From: Perna viridis
Lineage: Eukaryota
Length of the DNA: 64,000 nt
Assembly (NCBI GenBank): GCA_037379345.1
Contig: CM074519.1
Location: 24,888,103 to 24,952,102, forward strand
Direction: 5' to 3'
The notes under the pieces are model-generated. The model did no database searches, was not told where the DNA came from, and saw only the letters and a list, made by a program, of their open reading frames with translations. Below, in pieces: positions 40,601 to 52,713 of this stretch. The stretch's first letter is position 1. The number at the start of each line of letters is the position of its first letter. Position numbers and translations under genes: made by a program.

Positions 40601-41116
40601 GCAAAAAATATTATGGGGTGAAAGTTGTGGTGAAAATTATTTTCTTAGTGATTTAGTTGGGGGGGGGTGGGGGGTGGGGGGTGTATGTCCGGTACGCCAA
40701 TCCTTTGAATCGTGCCTGGGATTTTAACAAGAATTAGAATTACTACTAGGACAAGTCGGAATGTGTACTAGTACATGTAGTGGGATACTTAAAACTACTT
40801 ACAATGTGCACTGTAACATATCAGGTGTTAGGAAAGAAGTTTATATTTTTTTTAGCATTTTCAAAAATGCATGTATTTAAAATTTTATTGGCGATTTTTA
40901 ACATCCTCTTAAGTACTTTACAACTTTGATGGGTTGCTTTCAGCTATGGTGTATCCAATTGTCATTAGTCTTTTTAAGTCTAATGCAATTTTTAACCTCT
41001 AAATTTCAAATTATGATGTATAGTCATAGAAATCAGAAATATCTGCCAAAGGATGTCAAGCCATAATCAGTCAACCATGTTTAATTTCGCATTATCATAT
41101 TGATGTCTATTTGCAG

Positions 41117-41235
41117 GTAATTGTATATCATCATTAGGAGATCCTAAGAAAAGACAAGGACATATACCATACAGAGACAGTAAATTGACCAAGTTATTAG
41201 CTGACAGTTTAGGTGGAAATGGTGTAACTTTGATG
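41117..41235 (+). CDS. KIF12: KIF12 exon 10 ([39 protein letters not shown])
   Basis: ttgcag| ... ATG|gtaggt. Microtubule-binding [10 protein letters not shown] motif. Confidence 0.96.
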
Positions 41236-44200
41236 GTAGGTACACATCCTCTCAAATTGGCTGTAGAATTGTTGCCAATTACTGGATAAATAAATCTTAA
41301 ATTCAGAATTCGGGCCAGGTACTGTTGGACAAATCCTGGCAGCAAACGTGAAATTGACCTGTGTTGGTAGGGCAAATCCCTACAGACCTTAAATTAGCCT
41401 GATCAGTTGCTTGTTGAAAAAGATTAAGAACCACAAAATAACAATATGTTTAAGATGTGGTTGCCGAGTGTAGTACTTACCCAGTAAATTACAGTTTCTG
41501 ACAATATTAGTGGTTCGTACCAAGCCTACTATATCTAGAAGCCAAGAACATGTTTTGGTCAGGGATTTCACAGATTTTCAACAAAGAATATCAGGATTTT
41601 GTCCTCAGCACCTAACTCTAGTGACTGTCTGACATCCATATTGTCAAACGTTGTTGTTGAAATGTTGAAGGTTTTTATTCACCAACTTGTTAAGGATGAA
41701 CAGAACTCTACCAAAAATTTAGACAAGTAGCTGCAAGTTTTTTTATGTTTTTGATTAGCAGTTTAACCATGGCTATAAATCCCCCTTTTTAAATCTCTCA
41801 ACTTCTCTTTTTGTATACTGCAGCTGTATATGTCAATATTAATACTGAATTATTGTCTCAATTGTGTACCGTTCTGATCAAGCCAGGTCGAGCAATATGT
41901 TTTTGCATTAATTATTTCTGTTTATCCATATATGGTGATGAAGATACTGATAGTGTACTACAGTTTCCAAGCAAAATGCAGTGAAGCATTTGTTTTTCTC
42001 AATAAGCCATCTAAAGAATTAGTGGGCTAGAAAAGAAACATCGTCAGATGACAACAGTTAACTCTTTAAATTATTGTTTATTGATCTCGTTGTCTCATGG
42101 TTTAAATTTTAAAGACTTGTTGCTACGACAAAGTTGGGAAAATAACTTTCTGCAAAACAAACTCAGTTTCCATTTGGCATTAATGATTTAAATGTTGAAT
42201 GTTTACTTTTTTTATTCTTTGATTTAGATCTTTTGTTTTTATTGATTAGAGTTAATTGTTTTTAAGAAATTAGGCTTTTCTTTGTTATTTTTCACTCAAG
42301 AGTCATACATGTACCAACATTTTAAAAAGGTTCTCACAAAATTTTTGATTGATATTTTAATCTAACATGTTTAACTGGTCGCTTCCTGGATTGCTTTTTA
42401 AAATAGTTGCTTCTTTGTCTTAGTAAGGTACCGATACATGTAAATCATATATTTTTACACGTAAGGCCATGCTAAAAAGGCAATTTGTATTTGTTTTTAA
42501 AGGCATATGTGAAGTGGATTTGTGTTTCCTGTGTTGGTTCAGTGGAAAACAAAATCTGTTCAATAGTCTGAATTTAATTTTCTCATTGTTAAGGGCATAA
42601 AATATCTGTCAATCAATGTTAAATATTATTCAATCAATCAATCAATTTTTAAAAACCATTTTTGAACAAAGCCACCAGTTTAACAACCTGATACACTAGG
42701 AGAAACATTTTGATGATTTAATGATTCAGTTTAAAGGTTATGACTCAAAAAATATATTAGCTCATGGCCTTGTGCACTTTAAGATCATGGTTTCCTCTTA
42801 GTAAGACTGTCATGAATAAAAATTGAACGAGTTTTTAACTAAAAAACAAGCCTGCTGCAGACTAGTTCATTATTTTATTTCTGGTTCACCCGCTAGCATA
42901 CAAACTCCATATTGTTGTTAAATACTTAAGTTGCTCAATTCATAATTGATCATTTGAAAGATTTGACATTTTAGAAAATCAATCACATGTTAGAGAACAT
43001 TATTTTGCTCTTAAGGAACTTGTCTATCTAAAGATCAGGCAGAAATTAAATATAAGAATATTCTTTGGCAAGTTTGGTTAGATTTATCAGTTGATGAAAA
43101 AAAAAGACCCTATGATAATACTGGAAGAAAAAGCGTAGACAAAAATATTTTCTTTTCATCTAAAACATTATTTAAACTTTTAGTAAAACTCTTTTAAACA
43201 AAAACTAACATATTAATGGGGACTTGAAAGAAGTTAAGTCATGAATCCATTACATATTCCACAGTTAATCTATGAATTTTTATTTGTAGTACAACTAAAT
43301 TATCTCCCTTTAAAAGTATTTTTTTTGTTGTGTAAGATTGTCTCCCTTTAGATATGTTTTATCTTGTAATGAGTCTGATACAGGCAAATTGACATCAAAG
43401 AAGATAAGAAATATTGCATGCTTACAATTATCCCATATTTTAAATGACTTTAAATCCCTTTTCATTTGTTTGCCTGTCATTTGTACCACATGAAAAAAAA
43501 AGTTTATCCAGTTAAAAATGTTTCAAGTTCTTAGAACTTGCATGACACTAATCTAGGTGTGTAACTTTGACAGGAAATTAGTTTAAAAAAAGAATTTGTT
43601 GTATTATCCATATGAATTATGCATGCATCAATCATAACTTATTTTTCTGCCACTGAGTTGAAACTGAAGTTAATTTTCATATCTGAAGGCTACATTGGTG
43701 TTATGGAGATGTGAATTCAAATATTATTTTAAAACATGACATTTTGGTCTTGAAGCACATATATTCTGAAAATCAGTAGAATATCTGTCTTTTCAAAGTC
43801 AACTTTGTTTTAATTTGGAAAAAACCTTGTGTCTAGCTGACATTATTTACTTCTAACTTTAAAAATCCTTTTGGATTGGACATCATGTAACACGAGAAAG
43901 AATTTTGCATATGTGATCAATATTATTAAATTCCAAGGAGGTTTGGTAGATAGTGAAACTGAGTTGTCCTCAACAAACTTTTTGTTTTCCAACCCTTTAT
44001 ACATTGCGTGCCTCTAAGACTGGAATATTTTCTTCACTTCTCTGTAAAGGAATGAACAGTCAATACTGAAAAACTGTGGATCCTATTCAAATTTGGAGCT
44101 ATTTAATTGATTCAAAGTTCTGTATATAAGAACCTACAAAATTGATTCTTTTTTTCTCTTCTAATGATGTTTACTTTTGATATAATACATATGGAAGGAA

Positions 44201-44749
44201 ATTGAATATTTACTTCGTAGAAGACCATTAGTGGATATTTAAAATAACTGTTTTTTATCATGACTGCAATATCTCTTGTTATAAATGGAAAATAGGTCAC
44301 CAACCAAAATTCCTATACCTGTAAGTTAATTTTGTGCTGTTTTGGTAGACTTTGTTCAATTTTACTAATTCTGAGTAATCTATGAACCTGAATTCTGAAG
44401 TACCACTCCATCTAAAAATCATGTAGTAGGTGATTCATAAGTGAATAGATCACATATTTTTTTTCATTTTATCATGTTTCAGAATATTTAAGTTCCTTAA
44501 TGGTTTCAATTGTATCTTCAAGTCTTCAAATGGTGTGAAGACAATCAAAAGAATACATCATAATTTTGCGTTATAGGGAGATAACTTTTATTTTGTAAGC
44601 ATATTCAATTCAAGACTAGCTATTTTAAGAAAATTTCTTTTAAAATAGCAGCAGTGATGAATAAATTGTATTTAGATAAAACAAAATATGTATGCTTTCA
44701 TTTGAATAGTAGTTCTTCATTCCTTAACTCTTAGCATTTTTTTTTACAG

Positions 44750-44854
44750 ATTGCATGTGTGACTCCATCTGCTTACCATGTGCATGAAACAACGAACACA
44801 TTACGATACGCCAGCAGAGCCAAGAGAATTAAAAGTAAACCTGTTGTCAAAATG
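44750..44854 (+). CDS. KIF12: KIF12 exon 11 (IACVTPSAYHVHETTNTLRYASRAKRIKSKPVVKM; motor end/neck linker)
   Basis: ttacag| ... ATG|gtaggt. ET..TLRYA.RAK.I motif. Confidence 0.96.
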
Positions 44855-45229
44855 GTAGGTCTTACACACCTTGATGAAAAAATTGCATTAATACTTTCAA
44901 AAATCAAATTACATTATAAAGAGAATAGGTATGGTGTATATGTCAAGAGAGAGAAACCCCAAATAATTCCAAACTATATAAGGCTTTGATGAAGGGACAA
45001 ATCTTAATTTTGACTTAAATCTATCAGTAATTAATAAGAAGAAGTGTTTTTATTTTTAAACCAAGTTATGCTTGTATGACCAACTATTGGGCATTTTATG
45101 CTTGTTTATAAACGCTAAGCAGTACTTGACGCATAACTACCCCTAAGTTGGTAATTTTGCATAACCTGGTCAAAAATTCAAAACTTTCCTTAAATAAATA
45201 TATGTATATCAATTCAATATCTATTACAG

Positions 45230-45398
45230 GATCCAAGAGAAAAACTGATTTTGAGTTTGAAAAGAGAGCTTAAAGTATTAAGAAATGAGAATCACTATTT
45301 ACGGGAACAGTTGGAATTTCCAGCTAAACCGAAAGGAGATTTACAGAAAAATAATGATGAAAAATTTATGAAAATGGTTAAGGATATGCAGTCAAAAG
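45230..45398 (+). CDS. KIF12: KIF12 exon 12 (DPREKLILSLKRELKVLRNENHYLREQL... neck coiled coil)
   Basis: ttacag| ... AAAG|gtaatg. Heptad pattern, phase 0/1. Confidence 0.92.
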
Positions 45399-45585
45399 GT
45401 AATGGTTTAACATTGTTAATTACATATTCTGAATATGTTGACAATTTTGAAAATTATCATGTTGAAGTCAGAAATGACAAACATTGAACATGTTATAATT
45501 TCAGAACTTACAACGTACATTATCGCTGTACTGTTATATAAAAGACCAACTCAACATTTACTTCCTTTCTGGAAAGGTTCATTTA

Positions 45586-45762
45586 CACTTAAACCTCTCT
45601 AAACTGAACCCCTTTCGGACTGCAGAATTTGGTTGGTTTGGACAGGTGTACGATTTGTCCAGGTTCAAAATACATTTTAACTGACATAATGGGACTTCAA
45701 AATTTGTCTGGTTTAGGCAGGTATTTGGATTATTCAGGGTTTTGTTTAGACAGGTTTCACTG
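45586..45762. mobile_element. TA-flanked pogo/Tc1-mariner-like MITE
   Basis: Right end GTTTAGACAGGTTTCACTG|ta, degenerate left end ta|CACTTAAACCTCTCTAAAC. Relatives near 29805, 36715, 47255 and 52980. Confidence 0.6.
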
Positions 45763-46112
45763 TATATTTAGGTCAGCTGAGGTAATAGATCTGAGAAATT
45801 GCAATGGGAACAAAGAGAACAGAATATGTCTAAGAATTTGATAGTGAAGCATTAAGATGGCTTTTATATTCTGAGACATATCTCCTAGCTGATTAACTTT
45901 TAAGTGTGCTAATGTTCATAAGTTTTTAAAATCTGTCTAGTTTAGAACCATAAAAAAAGATTAATTTCCAGGTAAATTTAAGAAAAAATGGTGAATGTGA
46001 AATTGGTCTGTTACATATCAGTGTGAACCGTTTGGTTGTTATATTGAGGAAAATATAAATAAAAAAAAAAAAAAAACAAGTGTTGATAGAGGGATTATTA
46101 ATAATCTTTCAG

Positions 46113-46154
46113 AGGTAAAGCCTACAAAACCAAGAAAAGTTTCTTCAAAAACAG
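46113..46154 (+). CDS. KIF12: Candidate 42-nt basic cassette exon (EVKPTKPRKVSSKT)
   Basis: tctttcag| ... ACAG|gtatta, phase 1/1, stop-free, frame-preserving. Confidence 0.55.
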
Positions 46155-47115
46155 GTATTAGTGAACCTTATCCCGATAACCATCACATAGTGTATGACAT
46201 TTTCCTGTTTTTACTGTGTTAATAAAAATTGCAGCAATCAAATAGTATTTCTTTTGAATACAATGTGAACTTGTATATTTTCCCTCCTTTATGATTTTTC
46301 CCCAATAACCTTAATGTTAACCGTACTGTAATTAAATAAAATGATAATTTTTCATGTCTTGTACCTCATGAATTTCTTCCTAAAGTGTAATAAACCCTTC
46401 TGGTATATGTCATTTTTAATCATTCTAACATTTCCCCCTTTTTTTGTATTTTTGAACTAAATTTTTATTAAACACTATTTTCCTTCAAATCAAATCAATA
46501 GGTTATCACTGTTTTCTCACAAATATAAGGTTATCATCAATTGCCTCTAAGTCACAAACACTCCAGAGCAAACAGGTATATTATTCTCACATGTGTTAAT
46601 GACCTTGAGTCTTAAATTTTACCTGCTTAAAGCCCATAATTTGTTTTAGAAAACCTTTCTTTAAATGTTTCCTGGACTAAATTGCATTGAGTTGGCAAAA
46701 TCTCTTTTCTTTCTGCCTTTCTGTGTTGATACATTCCTTGAAACATTAATATTTTAGCGTTTGTGCATCCTTTATGGTGCATTTACACATCATTTTGCAT
46801 TCGTTTATACCCAAGATACAAGCGTTTGTTTATTTTTGTACTTTGATTATTTCCTTGATTCAACTGTTATTTTATATTTTTTGCTATTATTAATTTATAT
46901 AATTTTATTTTCCCTTTTTTCTGTCGTCATTATTTATCGATATTACTATTTTTCATCGTTCGTCTATCATGCGTTTAAATGCACGCTAGGAATGTTCATT
47001 TATCGTGCGTTTGGGTATCATGTGTGCCGGAAACCTAAACATCTCAAGGAGTGTATGATAATCTCCATATTTCACTATTACCCTTCGTTCATTTGGTTAT
47101 TTTTTCTGTTTACAG

Positions 47116-47182
47116 CCAGTCCCGGAGACCGTGATCTATATGCCATGTTACAAGAATATATGATAGAAAATGAAGCATTAAG
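47116..47182 (+). CDS. KIF12: KIF12 exon 13 (ASPGDRDLYAMLQEYMIENEALR)
   Basis: ttacag| ... AAG|gtaaac. KIF12-type LY.MLQE.M.ENE.LR motif. Confidence 0.93.
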
Positions 47183-47722
47183 GTAAACATAGAATGAGTC
47201 TCAACATACAATGAGTCTAGTGAATGAATATAACAATTTTCAATAAATGTATATAGTGAAACCTGACTGAATGAAAGCATTTAAGCTGGAATGTTTTATT
47301 CTCTTTGTACAGTTATTTGGTTTAAACAAGTTAAGAATGCATAGGAACTGTCATGAATAAACAGAGCCCAGAATAAACTGAGGCCAGAATGAACTGAGCC
47401 CAGAATGAACCAGAAATCTATCTAAATACAACATCTAATGAACTCTGTATCGGTTTCTAGTACAAACTGAAGTACTTATCTCATCTGACAAAATTCTACC
47501 GTCATAGATGGGTTCTTTGCTGTACATGTACTCAATAAATGAAATAGCTCTGGTAGTTTGTTTTTTCATTATTAACTTTAACCACTTTTCACATAATTGT
47601 GGCTTAAAAGTATGCTTACAGTAGCACCTTTTTAAATCATGTCTTATTTAAGTATCCATCATGCAGGTTCTTGAATTCTTGGCTGCAAATTAGTCAAGTT
47701 ATGTGTTGTTTTTATTTTTCAG

Positions 47723-47830
47723 GAATGAGAATTCAGAGTTACATCGCAACAAAGATCAAATGCACAGAGACCAACAGTCTCTATCTAAACAAAATGAGAG
47801 ACTCTCAAAGAAATTTGATGACATGCAAAA
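47723..47830 (+). CDS. KIF12: KIF12 exon 14 (NENSELHRNKDQMHRDQQSLSKQNERLSKKFDDMQK; coiled coil)
   Basis: tttcag| ... AA|gtaaga, phase 2/2. Confidence 0.9.
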
Positions 47831-48137
47831 GTAAGATAAAAAAAATTATTGTACCTTTGATTTTGCAAAACAGAAGTTAACCAGGAGTTATTTCAGTTTC
47901 TTCAAGGTCTTGTCACTTTACCTTCATATGTGTGGATCTTTTGCGCTTTATTGATAATCCCTGATATTGAATATGTTGGTGCACCCTTTTTATACATGTG
48001 TGTATTTTTATAAACTGATATTTATCAGTACCAAGTTAAAACAATGCTTTTATTGCTTTCTTTTAATTAAAGTTTACATTTTTAGTCTAATTTTTTTTTA
48101 AATTGTGCTTTTACAATATTTCATGGTTTTGTTTTAG

Positions 48138-48243
48138 AACTCTGGACAAAGTTCGACATAATGGCAGTGAGCCAGGAGTACAGTACAGATCACCACAGGG
48201 CAGTGGTAACCCAGGATATGCCCCTCCTCCTCAACGTCTTCCT
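48138..48243 (+). CDS. KIF12: KIF12 exon 15 (TLDKVRHNGSEPGVQYRSPQGSGNPGYAPPPQRLP); alternative donor at 48306
   Basis: ttttag| ... CCT|gtaagt, phase 2/0. Confidence 0.85.
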
Positions 48244-48812
48244 GTAAGTATCAGTTATGTAAAGGGGGCTAAACCTGGTTACTACATTCCTCCCAAACAT
48301 TCATATGTAAGTATCATTGAGTTAGTCCAGGGAGATAACTCAATTCTAGAAATTGAATCATTGTGTTTTAGTGATGTGGAAACTTTGTTTTCCTTTTGGT
48401 TTCTTTCTTTTTAAGATGAAGGAGAAAATGGCCTAATTCAACAAATGAAAGCTCTTTATTTAGATCTAATTTTAAATTTGAGGTTTTAGGCCATTTTATA
48501 TTTTCTTAGTTTCATATGTCAGGAGGTGAATTCCTCAGCACTTGCTATGAGTTGAAAATAATTAGGTTTTTTATTTTAGAAGACAATTATGACTGAAATA
48601 GAGAAAGTAGATAATCAATAAAATTCATTGAAGTACGAACAGGTTGATTCTAGTTTAAAATTATAAAATGTATAAAAAATTAAATGAGGTAATGCTTTTT
48701 TTTAACCAAATACTGACTACAGTTGTTGCTATATACTGTTATATAATCAAGGGAGATTAAATGCTTAATTTTTTTACTTCAGTTGTTGAATACATGCTCC
48801 ATTTCTTTCCAG

Positions 48813-48928
48813 CAAAATCAAGGCTATGTTAGTCCTAACACAGGTCGAGGGAAGCCTCCACCAAGCCATGGTCAACCAAAACGTCCTCCACATAGGCTTT
48901 CAGAACCACTCATGAGACCTGCTCAACT
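48813..48928 (+). CDS. KIF12: KIF12 exon 16 (QNQGYVSPNTGRGKPPPSHGQPKRPPHRLSEPLMRPAQL; Pro-rich tail)
   Basis: ttccag| ... CT|gtaagt, phase 0/2. Confidence 0.85.
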
Positions 48929-49114
48929 GTAAGTTTTGTTTCTTTTTTAATAAATGATAAAATGGCTGTCATTTGGGTTCATGAATTTAAATATATTTTG
49001 TAAGTGTAAGTAAATACAAAAAATATGGAGCATTTTTGTTCTAAAATTTGATTAAAATTGAATCTCTTAAAAATTAGTGGCAGGACATAAGACATGCTTT
49101 TCTTTTTATTTTAG

Positions 49115-49200
49115 ACCTCCAGATCATATACAGAATGGTTATGTAGATGAAGGATACATGTCACCAAGGGGGAGACCACCAATTCAAAATGGAAGACAAG
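49115..49200 (+). CDS. KIF12: KIF12 exon 17 (PPDHIQNGYVDEGYMSPRGRPPIQNGRQ)
   Basis: ttttag| ... AAG|gtatgg, phase 2/1. Confidence 0.85.
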
Positions 49201-50715
49201 GTATGGGAGCTAACTCTATCAGTACAACTTTGCCAGGATACAAAATTCAGCCTTAATGGAAATTTAGTTGTTAACATCTGTACAGAGCTTTTGTTTGTGC
49301 TAACATTGACAATTCCTAAGTTTATGCAAGAACCTACTGCTCTGCAATTTTACTCTATTGCCAGATATGACTAAACGAACAAATTTCAGATTTTTATTTT
49401 CTTCACCTTGGTTTTGAACATATAATTCCTAGCCTTTTGCTTTAAATTCCCTTAGCAAAATTTCCTTTTTAATAATGGATATTTCCAGAGAATTATATAT
49501 CTAGTTTTGATATTTAATACCAAACAGTTCTAAGCCCTATGCTATAAAATTTCTGAGTTTATTTTTCCCTTTGACTAGTCGATAATGTTAAGGTATACTA
49601 CTTAGGATTTTAATACATTAAATGGTGCTCAGCCTAATTACTTTAAAAAATTTGCAACTGTTAAAAAGTTTTCATCAAAGATTCTAAGGATAACATCTTA
49701 TCATTATTATGCTAGATACTGGTCTGACTAATATTAGTCTACCTACGATTCCATCCTCGGAACAATCATATGTTATGATACACTCCCGAAGGCAGTATTT
49801 ACGCAGAGTCAAACGAGAGAAATATAGTAGTCTTGGGGACGTTCGTGCTGGAACTTCGTTTTCATCATATTCTTATTTGTGTGAGTCGGAATGCTGCATG
49901 TGTAAATTTGTACCATGCTTTTTGTAGAGTGTTGATTTAGTAATTGTAGCTTTAGGTAGTTTGCAATAAATAGAAGGGAAAAAATGAAAAGTGAGACCCA
50001 GTAAGTGTGTGTGGTTTCAATATTTTGTTGTAGACATTTTCTTTAAAAAATGCTGGAGAATGGGTTTTAAAGAAAAAAAATTTTAGATTCATTTTCAAAC
50101 CTTTGATACTTTGTTAAATTTGTGGTTTTTTTATCGTCTTGTGTGATTATAGCTTCGTAGTTGGCTGTAGTTTTTGTGAGTGCCTCTAGTCTTGTTAACT
50201 AGAGTTATTTCCCTTTGTTTCATGTTACCATTGGTTTTGTAGTAGCCAGTAATAACAGTTTTTCTGTCATTAGTCTATATTATTTTAAAAATTGCTGTTA
50301 ATGGAAAAATCAATAAATGTTTGGGTTATGAACTATATTTCTATTTAGATACATTTGTTTTAAAAAAGATGTTTTTTGTCTATACTGAAAATTATCTTGT
50401 ATCTGAAAACTTCGAGGTCAATTCAAATTTGTGATCCTTGTGTGATTATAATATCATAGGGGTGTTGTAGTTTTCATGAGTGTGTCACCAGTCATGTTTC
50501 CTAGAGTTATTTCCCTTTGTTCCATATATGTTAGCTAATCAGTATTACTGGATCAGTTAGTACATTGTTCTTCTATGGGATTCTGTGCATGCTGCCTTCT
50601 GATACATGGGTAAAATATATTTATGTTGAACTGATGATGGGAATTCTTCTAGTCGTTGTTTGCTTGAATTTTATTAAGCATTAATGTTTAGGATTTCTCA
50701 AAGCTGAAATTAGTC

Positions 50716-50902
50716 GAGAGTATCTTGTAGTTGAAATGATGTATATGATCATTTGACTTGTTGTAAAAATGTATATAAGTAGAAATTATGTCATATTGAA
50801 CAGGGTCCGAGTGTATCCTGTGGTTGTAATGATGTGTATGATTTCATTTGATTTGTGGTGTAATGTATATAAATAGAAATTATGTCATATCGTAACAGGG
50901 TC
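50716..50902. repeat. About 92-bp tandem duplication in intron
   Basis: gag.gtatc.tgt.gttg.aatgatgt.tatgat...tagaaattatgtcatat..aacagggtc occurs twice. Confidence 0.75.
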
Positions 50903-51023
50903 AGACAAGCGTAGGAAACAGGTAGGGGAGATCACTAGGTTGTCGCTGGGAGAGAAATGAACACATGGCTTTTTACACAATATATATTCATCACAAGCTT
51001 TTTATAGATTATGTTTGCATGAA

Positions 51024-51264
51024 CACGCCTGGTATCCGAACGCAACAAACCGGAGTGACACAACAAATACAGAGCTGTATAGGAAGACACTATGAATGTG
51101 GCACTATAGAGTCAATAGAGACAACGGACCATGGGCATATCAAATTCCATGGCCTATTGTGTCCAGATAAGCATAACTTCTATATTGGGGCATTTAATAT
51201 GCCTTCCAATACAGCTCTGAATGGTTGTGTTGCTCTGGTTTGTTATGTTAGGATATCCAGCGTG
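51024..51264. repeat. Long imperfect inverted repeat (foldback, arms about 88 bp)
   Basis: cacgcctggtatccgaacgcaacaaaccggagtgacacaacaaatacagagctgtataggaag pairs with cttccaatacagctctgaatggttgtgttgctctggtttgttatgttaggatatccagcgtg. ORFs on both strands share IQSCIGRH. Confidence 0.85.
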
Positions 51265-52168
51265 ATGAGAGTGGAACAAATTTGTATCAGTTATGATCAT
51301 TTTCAACAATATGGTGATCCAATGGTTTAACTTGAATATTCCAATAACAAATTTAATGTTATATACCACACAAATACATACAAGTGCAAGAATTTATTTC
51401 AGTTGGTAAGTGGTTTTGGTATTATAATATAACTACTAGTTAAAGTTACCATGCCTAAAAAAGAAGTTTTCTCATGACTTATCTCCCCATTGAAGAAATT
51501 GATAAACATTGTATTTCAGACAACAAACACTACACTGCCCCATTTTCACTGATGCATACCTTAATTTGAGTTGCTTGATTGGTAAAAGCTTGATATTCAC
51601 TAATAGGGTGCAATATCAGTTTTATGGGGGAACGGCTTGCTGGTGATACATGTATTTTGTTCAACCACTACATCTTGTTTTCTATCATACCCGAATGTTA
51701 CTTATTAAGTTCTGATGATTTAAGCCAAGCATTAAAAAAAAAGTAATTGGAATGGCAATACAAAAAAACATAATGTTGAACTTTAGACGAGAGGCCTGAA
51801 TTGATTTAGTAGTAAAATTACATCGATGTTCCATTTTTATTTAATAAGAAGTGACTACGAGTACCATATCTGTTTTTTTCTAATCTAAGTTCAATTTTTT
51901 TAAAAATGAGTAGATCACTTTGTAAATTTGGAACCAGATGCCTATGGTGATATTAATACATTTATAGAATAGTTACTTAATCTGAAATGGAGGGGGTACA
52001 AGATTTGGATGGAAGGACCAGAAAGTGGTTGAATCTCAAAGGCAAACGATAGATATAATGCAGTTTGAATGTTGTTTTTTGTTTTTTTGTTTTTTTTTAT
52101 TGTATTTTGTGATCACTACTATATTTTTTACTTTTCTAGTTAAATAATTACTTCTTGTTTCATTTCAG

Positions 52169-52222
52169 AATCCCCAATGAGAGCAGTAGACAGTAGAAGG
52201 TCTTCCCAGTCATCTACAGCAG
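52169..52222 (+). CDS. KIF12: KIF12 exon 18 (ESPMRAVDSRRSSQSSTA)
   Basis: tttcag| ... CAG|gtatgc, phase 1/1. Confidence 0.82.
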
Positions 52223-52573
52223 GTATGCTTCATCATTCAAGGAACTTTCAGAAAAGAGGGGTTCTCATATATAAATGGATGTAAAAGTGTTTATGGCTAA
52301 TATTCATTAAAAGTTTGAGTTTAAAAAAAAATGCATCTGAAACAAAAAAAGAAATTTATTTTATATTAAAGTTGAAATAAAAACTGTTATGATCAGGTTG
52401 TTTTAGTAACGACATAATCATTTTTTGTCATTTAAATATAAAATCAATATACTTAAGATAAATATTTATTTGTGATTTAACATTGCAATATTTTAAGAAT
52501 TGCAATAAAAAAAAAAAAAAATAATGCCTATTGCAAAATACTTTCAACATTTATTTCATTCTTTTTTTCACAG

Positions 52574-52713
52574 ACACTATTAAAAATATAAATGACAAGC
52601 TGAAAAAGGAACTGTATGACTTAGATGGACAAATAAACCATCATCATCTTGTAAATGCCCGCAATCGATCAATATATGGTTCACAGACTTCCATGCATTC
52701 AATACACAGGTGA
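52574..52713 (+). CDS. KIF12: KIF12 terminal coding exon (DTIKNINDKLKKELYDLDGQINHHHLVNARNRSIYGSQTSMHSIHR*)
   Basis: ttcacag| phase-1 acceptor, short C-terminal coiled coil, TGA at 52711-52713. Confidence 0.85.

Larger units (their letters stand above)
4440..52713 (+). other. KIF12: Kinesin-like protein KIF12 gene span (about 19-20 coding exons)
   Basis: Hand-assembled GT-AG exons give one open frame with all kinesin motor motifs, a coiled coil and a Pro-rich tail. About 782 aa from exon 1a or 653 aa from exon 1b, excluding optional cassettes. KIF12 assignment is from recalled family motifs ([36 protein letters not shown]). Confidence 0.9.

Noticed and set aside
46502-46575. Possible extra stalk exon ending CAG|gtata
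   Set aside because: The acceptors I tested do not give a phase-1/1 frame-preserving exon.
46761-47115. Hydrophobic, transmembrane-looking N-terminal part of ORF 46761-47186
   Set aside because: T-rich intron read in frame with exon 13. The real acceptor is at 47115/47116.
50899-50921. Possible microexon (aacag|GG TCA GAC AAG CGT AGG AAA CAG|gtaggg)
   Set aside because: 23 nt, so it shifts the frame between phase-1 neighbours. The acceptor is poor and lies at the end of a tandem duplication.
50965-51369. Pair of opposite-strand ORFs sharing IQSCIGRH
   Set aside because: An artefact of the DNA inverted repeat, not evidence of two proteins.
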